DNA of 64,000 bases from an uncultured Chloroflexia bacterium (GCA_963797095.1 CAWCNY010000006.1:64001-128000), one strand, 5' to 3'; shown: positions 19,497-29,211, numbered from the stretch's first letter. The notes: generated from the sequence alone by a model not told the origin. A program made the numbers and translations.

Positions 19497-20362
19497 CCGC
19501 TCCCGCTGTCTCCCTCCCAGAACAAGCTGTCCCTGCGCGCAAAGGCTCAAGCTACAGGTGGATCATTTATGCGATCCTGGCTGTGTTCGCCCTTTTCTAC
19601 CTGATTCCTATCTATGTAGCGATCACTACCTCGCTTAAATCTATGGGCGAAGTCTCCCGCACCGATTTCTGGGCTCCCCCTACAGCACCTACAGGGGAAA
19701 ACTTCGGCCTTGCTTTTGATAAGATACGTACGGGTCTACTCAATAGCATCTACCTGACGGTCCCTGGTGTGATAATTTCCTGCGTGCTTGGCAGCATGAA
19801 CGGCTACGTTCTCTCCAAGTGGAAATTCCGAGGCTCGAGTATTCTGTTCACAGTGATTCTCTTCGGGATGTTCATCCCCTACCAGAGCGTCCTTCTGCCT
19901 CTTGAACTTTTCCTCCAGGGTGTCGGCCTTTACGGCAAGATTCCGGGTCTGATACTCACTCACGTCATCTATGGTATTCCAATCACAACGCTCATCTTCA
20001 GAAACTACTACGCAGGTGTGCCTAAAGAGCTGATCGAATCGGGTACTATAGACGGTGCGGGCTTCTTTGGCATTTACAGGAATATAGTCTTGCCTCTCAG
20101 TGTGCCTGCTTTCGTAGTGGTTCTGATATGGCAGTTTACGGCCATCTGGAACGAGTTTCTATTCGCCGTGTCTCTGAATAGCGACCCGCGTTCGCAACCG
20201 ATAACGGTGGCGCTGGCGGGGCTTGGCGCGAGCACCGCGGGTACGAACTACGCTATGCAAATGGCAGGCGCGCTGATCACCGCCCTGCCTACCCTTCTCG
20301 TCTACATCTTCCTAAGCCGCTACTTTATAAGGGGTTTGCTGGCAGGTTCGGTAAAAGGCTAG
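19493..20362 (+). CDS. Sugar ABC transporter permease
   Basis: 'ELIESGTIDGA', 'FTAIWNEFLF', terminal 'GLLAGSVKG'; ATGA overlap with the upstream gene. Confidence 0.93.
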   Translation: MTAPAVSLPEQAVPARKGSSYRWIIYAILAVFALFYLIPIYVAITTSLKSMGEVSRTDFWAPPTAPTGENFGLAFDKIRTGLLNSIYLTVPGVIISCVLGSMNGYVLSKWKFRGSSILFTVILFGMFIPYQSVLLPLELFLQGVGLYGKIPGLILTHVIYGIPITTLIFRNYYAGVPKELIESGTIDGAGFFGIYRNIVLPLSVPAFVVVLIWQFTAIWNEFLFAVSLNSDPRSQPITVALAGLGASTAGTNYAMQMAGALITALPTLLVYIFLSRYFIRGLLAGSVKG

Positions 20363-20478
20363 ACAACCGACAACTACTCCTCGTACTAATACCCATCGGT
20401 ACCAAAGTACGACTGTGTAATCTATACATAACTATTTCTGCTCCTGTATAATAAGCGCGAGGCCAGGAGAGGAGACCT

Positions 20479-21537
20479 ATGACAGCCACAAGGGAGGATA
20501 GCGCCTACCGGCAGGCAGGGGTTGACATAGACGCGGGCACTCGTGCCGTGGACATGATGAAAGAAGCAGTACGCTCGACCTTCGGGCCGAATGTACTCGC
20601 CGACATCGGTCTCTTCGGTGGCCTTTATGCTCTCGATGAGCGGCCTGATGGACAGGTGCTCGTTTCGAGCGCGGACAGCGTGGGGACCAAGCTTAAGCTG
20701 GCCTCTATACTGGGCAGCCACAGGCTTCTGGGCCACGACATAGTCAACCACTGCACCAACGATATCCTCGCTTGCGGTGCGCGACCAATCTTCTTCCTGG
20801 ATTACTTTGCTGCCGGGAAGATCGTACCTGAACAAGTTGCAGACGTTGTAACAGGCATGGCCGAGGCCTGCCGCTCGTCGGGTTGCGCCCTTATAGGGGG
20901 AGAAACCGCCGAACTGCCAGGCATCTACGCCAACAGCGAGTTCGACGTGGTGGGCTTCATCGTGGGCACGGTAGCCCGCGACCGCCTCGTGCTCGGTGAC
21001 CGCATAGTGCCCGGCGATGTGGCACTGGCCCTCCCTTCGAGAGGCCTCCACACCAACGGTTACTCGCTAGCTCGCAAGGTGTTCGGATTGGATACCGATC
21101 CGGATACCGCATATGAGCGCCTCAGTCAGTACGTGCCCAGCCTGGGTTGCACCCTGGGCGAAGCACTCACCAAGCCTCATCGCTCTTACTTGCCGGAGAT
21201 CGGCCCACTACTTGACCTGCCTGAGCGTCCAATAAAGGGCATGGCCCACATCACAGGGGGCGGCCTCATCGACAACATCCCTCGCGTCCTTCCAGCAGGC
21301 TGCGCCATCGAACTGCACACGACCTCCTGGGAAGTCCCTCCGCTCTTCAAGCTGATCCAATCAGAAGGCGGCATCCCGGACACTGAAATGCGCCGAGTAT
21401 TCAACATGGGTCTAGGCATAGTCATGATTGCCGGTCCCGACCAGGTTTCGTCGTTGATAGACAACACTCCTGATCTGATGCATGTAGGCAGCGTACGTGA
21501 GCAGCGCGGAGACGACCGCGTACTATTCAGAGATTGA
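20479..21537 (+). CDS. purM: Phosphoribosylformylglycinamidine cyclo-ligase (AIR synthase)
   Basis: 'YRQAGVDID', 'VGTK', 'GGETAELPG', 'GLHTNGYSL', 'HITGGG', 'FNMG'. Confidence 0.97.
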   Translation: MTATREDSAYRQAGVDIDAGTRAVDMMKEAVRSTFGPNVLADIGLFGGLYALDERPDGQVLVSSADSVGTKLKLASILGSHRLLGHDIVNHCTNDILACGARPIFFLDYFAAGKIVPEQVADVVTGMAEACRSSGCALIGGETAELPGIYANSEFDVVGFIVGTVARDRLVLGDRIVPGDVALALPSRGLHTNGYSLARKVFGLDTDPDTAYERLSQYVPSLGCTLGEALTKPHRSYLPEIGPLLDLPERPIKGMAHITGGGLIDNIPRVLPAGCAIELHTTSWEVPPLFKLIQSEGGIPDTEMRRVFNMGLGIVMIAGPDQVSSLIDNTPDLMHVGSVREQRGDDRVLFRD

Positions 21538-22226
21538 CCACTTTGCCAGTACCATCATCAATCGTCCATCGTCCATCGCCGCCCAAGACGGCAACCTTAC
21601 GGCTGGGTGTGCTGGCTTCGGGAAGGGGCACCAACCTGCAAGCTATTCTCGATGCCATCGAGCAGGGCAACTTAGATGCAAAGGTCGTTTTCGTGGTTTG
21701 CAATCACAAGGAAGCGCAGGTCATCGAAAGGGCAGAGCGGGCCGGGATACGGTTCGGTCTTTACACGCAAAAGGCGTATGCGACGCGTGATCTGCATCAA
21801 ATGGCTATCGCTGAGAGGCTATCGGAGGAGAATATAGACCTGGTGGTTTGCGCGGGCTGGGATCGGGTGTTCGCGCCTCAGTTCGTAGCCGCGTTCAGAG
21901 GCAAGATTATCAACATCCATCCATCCCTCCTACCGGCATTCGGAGGGGGCCTCCATGCCATCAAGGAGGCATTGGAGTACGGAGTAAAAGTGACGGGCTG
22001 CACGGTCCATTTCGTCACGGACGACCTGGACGCAGGACCAATAATCTCGCAGGTTGCCGTGCCGGTCCTTCCGGACGACGACGAAGCATCGCTGGCGAAT
22101 AGAATACACGCGGAGGAACACCGGCTCCTGGTCGAGGCCATCAAGCTCTACAGCCAGGGCAGATTGAAGATAGAGGGAAGAACGGTAAGGGTCATCGAGG
22201 ACGAAGAAGAACGTAGCACGATATGA
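21534..22226 (+). CDS. purN: Phosphoribosylglycinamide formyltransferase
   Basis: 'LASGRGTNLQAI', 'NIHPSLLP', 'GCTVHFV', 'DAGPII'. Confidence 0.96.
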   Translation: MTTLPVPSSIVHRPSPPKTATLRLGVLASGRGTNLQAILDAIEQGNLDAKVVFVVCNHKEAQVIERAERAGIRFGLYTQKAYATRDLHQMAIAERLSEENIDLVVCAGWDRVFAPQFVAAFRGKIINIHPSLLPAFGGGLHAIKEALEYGVKVTGCTVHFVTDDLDAGPIISQVAVPVLPDDDEASLANRIHAEEHRLLVEAIKLYSQGRLKIEGRTVRVIEDEEERSTI

Positions 22227-22741
22227 ACAGCGAGTCGACCGAAAAAGTAGAGCCGCGCCCCAACGGCAGCCTTATCGTCAGCGAGGACGATGGGCGGCGC
22301 ATCAGGAAACAGCTTGATCGCATCGTGATGGAAGCCGGAGCGAACACTACCATCCTGCTCGATAGGAGCGGGGAGGTAATCTCGGCGCGCGGTGAACAGC
22401 TTCCGCACGATCTCGATGTGATGGGTGCCTTGCTGGCAGGCACCTTTGCCACCTCACGTGAGATCGCCCGTATGCGCGAAGACGAGAATTTCCAGACCCT
22501 CTACCAGCAAGGCTCCTCGGAAAACACCCTTACCGAGTTGATCGGTGAGACCTGGCTGATAGCTGTTATCTTCGGCAAGAGCACCCATGTTGGCCTGGTG
22601 CGTGACCTGACGCGCCAGATCACCCCTGAGTTGGAAGCGGTCCTGTTGCAGGCGCAGCGTCGCAGCCGCAACATAGCTGGGCTCAACCCATCCTTCCGGA
22701 CGTCAGTGGAGGATACGATAGACTTGTTGTTCAAGGACTGA
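22223..22741 (+). CDS. mglB: Roadblock/LC7 protein, MglB-like GAP
   Basis: 'LLDRSGEVI..G', 'F..LYQQG', 'VIFGKST.VGLVR'; directly upstream of mglA. Confidence 0.85.
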   Translation: MNSESTEKVEPRPNGSLIVSEDDGRRIRKQLDRIVMEAGANTTILLDRSGEVISARGEQLPHDLDVMGALLAGTFATSREIARMREDENFQTLYQQGSSENTLTELIGETWLIAVIFGKSTHVGLVRDLTRQITPELEAVLLQAQRRSRNIAGLNPSFRTSVEDTIDLLFKD

Positions 22742-22837
22742 TCCGATTGCGGATTTCAGATTGCGGATTTCGGATTTCCAATTGGACCGGCAGTTTCGAA
22801 ATTCATGGCCTGACATCTAAGATCAAAAGAGGAAATT

Positions 22838-23413
22838 ATGGCACTGATAAATGTCGCAACCAGAGAGATACATTGCAAGCTCGTTTACTACGGGCCGGGT
22901 CTCTCTGGCAAAACAACCAACTTGAAATACATCTATTCGACCGTGCCCGGCCAGGCTCGCGGCGACCTCCTTTCTATTGATACGGAGACGGAGAGGACGC
23001 TCTTTTTCGACTTCCTGCCGCTTGATTTGGGCAAAGTGCACGGCTACCAGGTGCGTTTCCACCTATACACTGTGCCGGGCCAGGTGCTTTACGAGCGAAC
23101 CCGCGTGGCGGTGCTCAACGGGGCCGACGGGGTGGTATTTACGGCAAATTCGCAGCGGTCGAAGCTGGGCGAGAATGTTCGCTCACTTCAGGAGCTTGCC
23201 CGCAACCTGACGCAGCAGGGCAAGAAGTTCCTTGAGTTCCCGATGGTGATGCAGTACAACAAGCGCGATATGCCTGATGCCTTGCCCCTGCCTGTGCTGG
23301 AAAAGTACTTGAACCCGATGCATGTGGCCGCCTACGAGGCTATCGCGCCTAAGGGCGTAGGAGTGTTCGATACGCTCAGGACGATCAGTAAGCTGATTGT
23401 CAGCAAGCTATAA
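22838..23413 (+). CDS. mglA: MglA-family small Ras-like GTPase
   Basis: 'KLVYYGPGLSGKTTNL', 'ERTLFFDFLP', 'YTVPGQV', 'QYNKRD'. Confidence 0.95.
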   Translation: MALINVATREIHCKLVYYGPGLSGKTTNLKYIYSTVPGQARGDLLSIDTETERTLFFDFLPLDLGKVHGYQVRFHLYTVPGQVLYERTRVAVLNGADGVVFTANSQRSKLGENVRSLQELARNLTQQGKKFLEFPMVMQYNKRDMPDALPLPVLEKYLNPMHVAAYEAIAPKGVGVFDTLRTISKLIVSKL

Positions 23414-23436
23414 GGTCGCTTCAATCCAATAAGCAA

Positions 23437-23769
23437 ATGGTGGATCTGGTAAAGCATTCAAACCATAGTTCAGTTTGGGTACGAGTACTGCTTATTATTG
23501 ATGTTTTGGCCTTTGCCTTATCTACATGTTTGATGTTCTACCCAGTGGTATTTGACACCAACTCTGCTTTGGACAACAAACCAATTGGTCGGTTACCGCC
23601 ATTGTTCTGGCTTCTGTATGCGGTGACAAACGTAGCTTCAGGCTTGGTAGTAGCATATAACATGCGGCATGAAATAGCTATTGTCATAACTGATGGCAGC
23701 CTGGCGTTGGTATTCACTGCGATAATGTTACTGCTTGTGCTGACTGTTGTGTTCTCCGGTTCACATTAG
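23437..23769 (+). CDS. Small hypothetical membrane protein (lower GC)
   Basis: 110-aa ORF with about 3 hydrophobic segments; AT-richer than flanks. Confidence 0.5.
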   Translation: MVDLVKHSNHSSVWVRVLLIIDVLAFALSTCLMFYPVVFDTNSALDNKPIGRLPPLFWLLYAVTNVASGLVVAYNMRHEIAIVITDGSLALVFTAIMLLLVLTVVFSGSH

Positions 23770-23915
23770 GTTAGAGGATGGAGGAGATCTAATATCTCTG
23801 TCGGAAGATTGGCTGCTTTTCTTATTCGGTGCACGCATTTTAGCCCTACCTTATCTCAAGCTTTTCCTCAGGAAAAGGCAGAAGTAACACACGTGGTGGT
23901 TTAGGTATTAGGTAT

Positions 23916-23970
23916 AGGAAAGAGGGCACATGAGGGATTTGGGTCCTTATGCACCCTTTTCCTTTTGTTT
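23916..23970 (+). terminator. Probable Rho-independent terminator
   Basis: AGGAAAGAGGG..ATGAGGG / CCTTATG..CCCTTTTCCTTTTTGTTT hairpin plus T-tract. Confidence 0.55.
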
Positions 23971-24172
23971 GGGCTTTGCTAACGATGGTCTTTGCGGGAA
24001 TTCGATCCTGATCGCTTTCTCATCTTGTTGGGAGTTGTGAGGATCTTGCTCGTTGGTGGCACTTTTTGGCGTGGTTTGTAAGCGCGGAGTGATCTTGGGG
24101 AGCGAGATCCTTCGCTCAGGATGACAAAGGCCTATGGGAAGGCTTCTTTCATATATTTACGCATCTACTTAG

Positions 24173-25648
24173 CTCGACTTTGTACATTACCAACTCAATA
24201 GCAAACCGCGTAGGCCAGTCTCTCCACGTGTGAGCGTGGGACTAAACAGACATCAGGGTCTGTGGGGGCTGTCTGAAAAGTGAAGTTGCCCCACAAGTGC
24301 CGTCTGACTTGTGCCAGCACGTCCGAGAAGGTAGCCTCCCTCTTTTGGTACCAGGCAGTGCGCTGCACAGGCACTTTTCCGTCTGGGTGTAGAGCCTTTC
24401 CAAACAGAGCCACCAGGCTGAACATGCCAAGCAAGCAGGGTGTGCTACGCTCAATCGCCAGGTCTGACCATTGTCGCTGGGTTTCCACTCCCAGGTGTGC
24501 TCGGCTCTCCTCAAACGTCACCTCGATAGTCCACCGCTTGATGAACCGGCTCACCACCTCCACTGCCTGCAAGCTCTGGTCAGTGCACAAGTAGGCTCGC
24601 GGTTCTCTGTTGCCTTGAGGGTCACGGGTGAGCACCCACCTGATTGGCAACACCGCAGAGCCAATCCGATACCATACGCACGTGCCGCTTGCCACTTCAA
24701 GTTCTTGCTCCGATCCGTCATACCACCTTACCTTTATCTTCACCCACTCCGTGTTGGGGTCTGAGAGTACCTGGCTCAGTTTGGGCAAGGCTGCTCCTTT
24801 CACTCTCGGCCTGTCCATTGTGCCCGGTTTGCGAGGTGGCGCAGGTTCATACAAGGCGCATTCCCAACGCATTGGCGCTACAAGCGTGATCTGGTGCTTG
24901 ACACAGCACAACCCCAATTCCAAGATCGAATAGGCAGTGTCGCCAACCAACGAAACAGATATGTCTGGTAGCCAGCGCCTTACCATCATCACCATCTGCT
25001 GGGCTATCTCTCCTACCGTCTTGTGCGCCTTACCCAATTGCTCACTTACTTTAGGTGTGGTGGCCAGCACTGAGAAGAAAGGAAGCGCCCATGCCCTGCT
25101 TGACCAGGGTACTTGCACTACCAGCATCATTACCACCCAACGCAACCCACTTGTACTGACCGACTGCTCTTTGCTCGATTGCACCGAGTCTCGGTAATGG
25201 CCGCGCTTGGAGATTTTGCGGCCCCATCTTCTTTCCAGCGTCTCGTCAATAGCAATCTCGACGGTTGCACCTGCCGCAACAAACGTATTGACCAGCAATT
25301 GGAGAAGGAGCCGGCTCAACATTAGGCAAGACCAGCTTGCACGGTTGAGCACCTGATGAAACAGGGTAAAGTCCTCACCATGTTGCAAGCCCATCTGCTT
25401 GAGGGCTGCCGTCACGGTCCGACGGCCTCTTGCCAGGATTGTGCCAACCACCAGCACGAGCGCTTTGTCCCAGGTTGGACGGGTGAAAGCTGGCCTGAAA
25501 TGGAGCAGCACCTGTATAATCGGGTTGGGTAGGGACATCGCTTCTCTCCTTGTCGCAGATGGTGTTGTGGTAGACTTCCATCTTACAACAAAGGGTCTGC
25601 GGGTCCCTTTACCCGTTTTCACCTCCTTTCATTTTGTACAAAGTCGAG
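24173..25648 (-). mobile_element. IS701-family insertion sequence (1476 bp)
   Basis: Terminal IR CTCGACTTTGTACA / TGTACAAAGTCGAG; 5-bp direct repeat CTTAG at 24168-24172 and 25649-25653. Confidence 0.9.
24195..25538 (-). CDS. IS701-like DDE transposase
   Basis: 'IAIDETLERR', 'VGDTAY', 'RWTIEVTFEE' DDE motifs. Confidence 0.9.
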   Translation of the reverse strand: MSLPNPIIQVLLHFRPAFTRPTWDKALVLVVGTILARGRRTVTAALKQMGLQHGEDFTLFHQVLNRASWSCLMLSRLLLQLLVNTFVAAGATVEIAIDETLERRWGRKISKRGHYRDSVQSSKEQSVSTSGLRWVVMMLVVQVPWSSRAWALPFFSVLATTPKVSEQLGKAHKTVGEIAQQMVMMVRRWLPDISVSLVGDTAYSILELGLCCVKHQITLVAPMRWECALYEPAPPRKPGTMDRPRVKGAALPKLSQVLSDPNTEWVKIKVRWYDGSEQELEVASGTCVWYRIGSAVLPIRWVLTRDPQGNREPRAYLCTDQSLQAVEVVSRFIKRWTIEVTFEESRAHLGVETQRQWSDLAIERSTPCLLGMFSLVALFGKALHPDGKVPVQRTAWYQKREATFSDVLAQVRRHLWGNFTFQTAPTDPDVCLVPRSHVERLAYAVCY

Positions 25649-25795
25649 CTTAGCCTATGCATTCCCCCAAATTGATATGTGCCTTTGCTGGTCTGATTCC
25701 TTTCAGGTTATCGTTAGTTGGGCATGGTTGGGTTGCTGATAGGTTGATGTCCCTATGGCGCAACTGGTTGGTGTGGCGCAGTAAGCACAATACTG

Positions 25796-26812
25796 ACGAT
25801 TGATGCAGAACCCTGCAAAAGAGGTATTGAAAAGGTATCGAAGTGAATGATACAACGGAAGCTAACATAAACCCCTTTGCAAGGAGGCTTCCGATGAACA
25901 TGGACTTCGATACCTTCCTGGTAGGATTATACCTGATGGTCGACCAGTGGCTGCAAAACGATGGTGCTCGTTACATACGCCCACAGGGTGGTACTCCACC
26001 ACGCCTGACTGACGGCGAGATGCTGACCCTCCTTTTGGCTCACCAGCTTGCCCAAGCCAAGTGGCCTGAGCGCAGATGGCTGCGCTTTGTGTGGCACAAC
26101 TATCAGGAGTGGTTTCCAGCGCTGACCACACAGAGTGCCTACAACCGTCGGGCTCGCAACCTTTGGGGAGTGCTGAATGCAATGCGTATACAGTTGGTGC
26201 GAGAGGTGTCAGCACACCTTGCTCCCGAAGGAGTGACCGATGGCACTCCAATCCATGTGAGGCATTGGCGCAGATACGGCCCTCACCACCTGGCCTTGCC
26301 TGAGGCTGAGTTGGGCTACTGTGCTGCCAGGCGAGAATACTACTACGGGTACAAGTTGGTGGCCCTCGTCACGCCCAATGGGATTATCATCGAGTGGGTG
26401 CTGATGCCGGCTAGTGGTGATGAGCGAGATGGATTGGAAGCGATGATGGCAGATGATGAGGGGTGGCTCATCTGGGCTGACAAAGGACTGCTTGATGAGA
26501 GAAGGCAAAGGAGGTTGGAGGAGGAGCAGAGCATAGTGCTGATTACTCCCACCCGCAGCAACCAGCGAGTGCAGTTGCACCCGGCAGTGCAAGAGAGGCT
26601 GAGTGCCGTCCGACCCATCGTGGAGACGACCTTTGCCCAAGCCAAGGAGTACATAGACTTGGAGCACCCGCATGCCTACGCATGGAGTGGGTTGGCGCTG
26701 CGTATCATAGCCAAGTTGACCGCTATGGCTGTAGTAGCTTGGGCCAACCTGCGTCACGGCTTGTCTCCCTTATCCTTCGTCAACTTTGCTTGGTAGGTTT
26801 TGCATCAATCGT
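25796..26812 (+). mobile_element. IS982-family insertion sequence (1017 bp)
   Basis: IR ACGATTGATGCAGAACC / GGTTTTGCATCAATCGT; direct repeat TACTG at 25791-25795 and 26813-26817. Confidence 0.9.
25894..26796 (+). CDS. IS982-family transposase
   Basis: 'DGTPIHV', 'GYCA...YYYGYKL', 'ADKG', 'RPIVETTF'. Confidence 0.9.
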   Translation: MNMDFDTFLVGLYLMVDQWLQNDGARYIRPQGGTPPRLTDGEMLTLLLAHQLAQAKWPERRWLRFVWHNYQEWFPALTTQSAYNRRARNLWGVLNAMRIQLVREVSAHLAPEGVTDGTPIHVRHWRRYGPHHLALPEAELGYCAARREYYYGYKLVALVTPNGIIIEWVLMPASGDERDGLEAMMADDEGWLIWADKGLLDERRQRRLEEEQSIVLITPTRSNQRVQLHPAVQERLSAVRPIVETTFAQAKEYIDLEHPHAYAWSGLALRIIAKLTAMAVVAWANLRHGLSPLSFVNFAW

Positions 26813-27076
26813 TACTGGTATTGCCTTGAGAGGGTGTGGCACGAATGCACACTGCTTTACTGCTCCGTGCTTTGTCCCCGAAGGGTCCGGTGTTGGGAGA
26901 CCGGAGCGCTTTTTGAGATTGTGTTTTGGTGCAGCCGCGACTTTGGCTGCTCTCTTCTTTTTGTTTGTTCCTTTGGTAAGGTGCTAAAGGTAAACGCAAA
27001 GATACACAGGGACACCAGCCTTGTCCTCGTGTCCTCCATGCTGCGCGGCAGGGAGGTTGAAACTGTTTCACTCTTG

Positions 27077-27105
27077 ATCTTAGCACAGGCGTTCTGCTTA
27101 TGCAA
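27077..27105 (-). promoter_or_regulatory. Sigma70 promoter with an embedded LexA (GAAC-N4-GTTC-type) box
   Basis: Minus strand TTGCAT-N17-TAAGAT with TG extension; the spacer contains AGAACGCCTGTGCT. Confidence 0.6.
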
Positions 27106-27192
27106 GTACCCATTGGTATAGTTTTTATGGTTGTCCGTTGCCGGTTGTCGGTTTTCGGTTGGTAGTTGATGGATGATGGGTGATGGCTCTTA

Positions 27193-27277
27193 CGCCCCTC
27201 CGGGGCTAAGGCGGCTGAGGTGGATGGGGAACCCCACGCTTACGCATGGGGCTACTTTCTTTCGCCACTCCGTGGCT
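27193..27277. repeat. REP/REPIN-like composite palindrome
   Basis: CGCCCCTCCGGGGCT ... CCCCACGCTTACGCATGGGG ... CGCCACTCCGTGGCT. Confidence 0.6.
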
Positions 27278-27488
27278 GGTTTAGTTGGTGGGTAGGGCTC
27301 TTTGGTGGGTAGGGGGTTTGGTGGTGGGGCTTTTCCTGGGTTTTTGCTGATTATGTATCAGTGTTGGACGTTGGTGATGGTTTGTCTTGCCGCACCGGGC
27401 TGCATGCTATACAATGGGATTGATACCTTGATTTCGGGGTAGTGGATTTTGAACAGACTTGTGAGGTAGATCTTATCTGTTAGCAACA

Positions 27489-28889
27489 TTGGACATCGGC
27501 GATAGTAAGCGGCCCGCCCTGCTTGGGGCTCTGTTTCAGGGGAGCGAGCAGTCGGGTGGGCTATTTGGACTTGATTTTCCGCCGGGTATCGGCCTGGTGG
27601 CCGTACTTCTGCTTGTACTTCTCAACGGGTTCTTTGTGGCGACCGAGTTCGCGCTGGTGGCTGTGCGCCGCAGCCGCATCGAGCAACTGGTGGCTGAGGG
27701 GAGCCGCCCGGCGCGTACTGTGCGGGGCGCGCTTGACCACCTGGACATGTATATCGCCGCCACCCAGCTAGGGATCACTATGGCCTCGCTGGCTCTTGGG
27801 TGGATAGGGGAGCCCGCGCTGGCGCACCTGATCGACCCAGTGTTGACCGCCATACTGCCGCCCGCGTGGGTGCTGGCAGGATCGCACGCAATCGCGGTGG
27901 CGGTGTCGTTCGCTTTTATTACGGCTTTGCATATCGTGCTGGGTGAGCTTGCGCCGAAGGGGGTGGCGCTCCAACGCCCGGAGGCTACTTCGCTTATTGT
28001 CGTGGTGCCGATGGCGATCTTTATGCGGGTGTTTCGCCCGTTTGTGATGGCGCTGAACGGGGTCGGGAACCTTATACTTCGGATGTTCGGTTTTCGCCCC
28101 GCGAGCGGTGAGGAGCAGGTGCATACGGTAGAGGAGTTGCGCTACCTGGTGCGTACGTCACGCGAGGCGGGTTTGCTGGAAAGCGCCGAGGAGGAGATCG
28201 TGGGCAGGGCGCTTGGGCTGGGCGATATTACAACCCACAGCGTGATGGTGCCGCGCAACGAAATGGCCTCGGTGCCGGTTGGTATATCGCGGGAGGGCTT
28301 GCTTGAGCTGGTAGGCGTGAAGCGGCACGTGCGCTTTCCTGTTTATGAGGCGGACCAGGACCATATCGTGGGCGTGATCTTCCTGACGGATGTGCACGCC
28401 TGGGAGCGTACGCACCCGGGACTGCCGTTTAGCGTGCGTGAAGCTATGCGGCTACCGTTGTTTGTGCCCGAGTTGAGCAAGGGCGACGACCTGTTGGCCC
28501 AGATGCGGGCGGCGCGCACCCACACCGCTATTGTGATAGACGAGTATGGAGGGGTGGCGGGGTTGGTCACGTTGCAGGATATCCTGGAGCGGATCATCGG
28601 GCAGATGCCCGAGATCGACGAGGAGGAGAGGTCTGAGATCGAAGCGCTGACCGATGGGTCGGCACGTATTGATGGCCTTACTTCGCTCCGGGATATGGAG
28701 GAGCGCTTCGGCCTCTCGCTGGAAGATGTGGATGCGGATACCGTCGGCGGCTACGTGCTGGAAACGCTTGGCCGCATACCGACCGCCGGAGATGAGGTTG
28801 TGATCGGCACATACACGTTGCGGGTCATTGCGATGGATGAATTGCGGGTGGCCGAGGTGCTCTTGATGCCGCAAGATGTGGACGCTTAA
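27489..28889 (+). CDS. HlyC/CorC family protein (CNNM TM + CBS pair + CorC_HlyC domain)
   Basis: 'NGFFVATEFALV', 'QLGITMASL.LGW.GEP', 'GELAPK', 'DEYGG..GLVT..DILE'. Confidence 0.93.
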   Translation: MDIGDSKRPALLGALFQGSEQSGGLFGLDFPPGIGLVAVLLLVLLNGFFVATEFALVAVRRSRIEQLVAEGSRPARTVRGALDHLDMYIAATQLGITMASLALGWIGEPALAHLIDPVLTAILPPAWVLAGSHAIAVAVSFAFITALHIVLGELAPKGVALQRPEATSLIVVVPMAIFMRVFRPFVMALNGVGNLILRMFGFRPASGEEQVHTVEELRYLVRTSREAGLLESAEEEIVGRALGLGDITTHSVMVPRNEMASVPVGISREGLLELVGVKRHVRFPVYEADQDHIVGVIFLTDVHAWERTHPGLPFSVREAMRLPLFVPELSKGDDLLAQMRAARTHTAIVIDEYGGVAGLVTLQDILERIIGQMPEIDEEERSEIEALTDGSARIDGLTSLRDMEERFGLSLEDVDADTVGGYVLETLGRIPTAGDEVVIGTYTLRVIAMDELRVAEVLLMPQDVDA

Positions 28890-28942
28890 GATTGTGAATC
28901 TTTGCTGACGAAGAAGGTTGCTATGCAGGCGTATATGGCCTT

Positions 28943-29031
28943 GCAGGGGCGGGGTGTGTCTCGCACGTGTCGGGGAGGTGAACCCATGGTGTATACCACC
29001 TTGCAGAGGGCGAGGCATGCCTCGCTCCTAC
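28943..29031. repeat. GTAG-type REP doublet
   Basis: Minus-strand GTAGGAGCGAGGCATGCCTCGCCCT at 29007-29031 and a degenerate inverted copy at 28943-28966. Confidence 0.6.
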
Positions 29032-29211
29032 AGGTGGTTGCTTTGTTGATTCAGGGTAATACGCGCTTTGGTGGGGCTGTTTCTTGCGCAAAAGGACGAT
29101 GAGATGGGGCATTGGGTTTTCCTTGCTTCAATGGCGGCATTACCTGACCGCTAATGGAGAAGGTTATGCCAAACGTTGTCTCTGCCGGGCTGTAAAATCC
29201 TCGGGTATTTG

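Noticed and set aside
17026-20362. Missing ATPase in the sugar ABC operon as an anomaly
   Set aside because: CUT1 systems commonly share an MsmK/MsiK-type ATPase encoded elsewhere
20362-20478. Purine or ZTP riboswitch upstream of purM (also checked upstream of purE and purA)
   Set aside because: Leaders are very short after the TATAAT boxes and no conserved aptamer motifs are recognisable
24173-26812. Composite transposon
   Set aside because: The two IS elements belong to different families and each has its own target duplication, indicating independent insertions
26840-26910. c-di-GMP-I riboswitch (GGGACAAAGC-like text on the minus strand)
   Set aside because: Lacks the GCAAAC...GAAA tetraloop and receptor architecture
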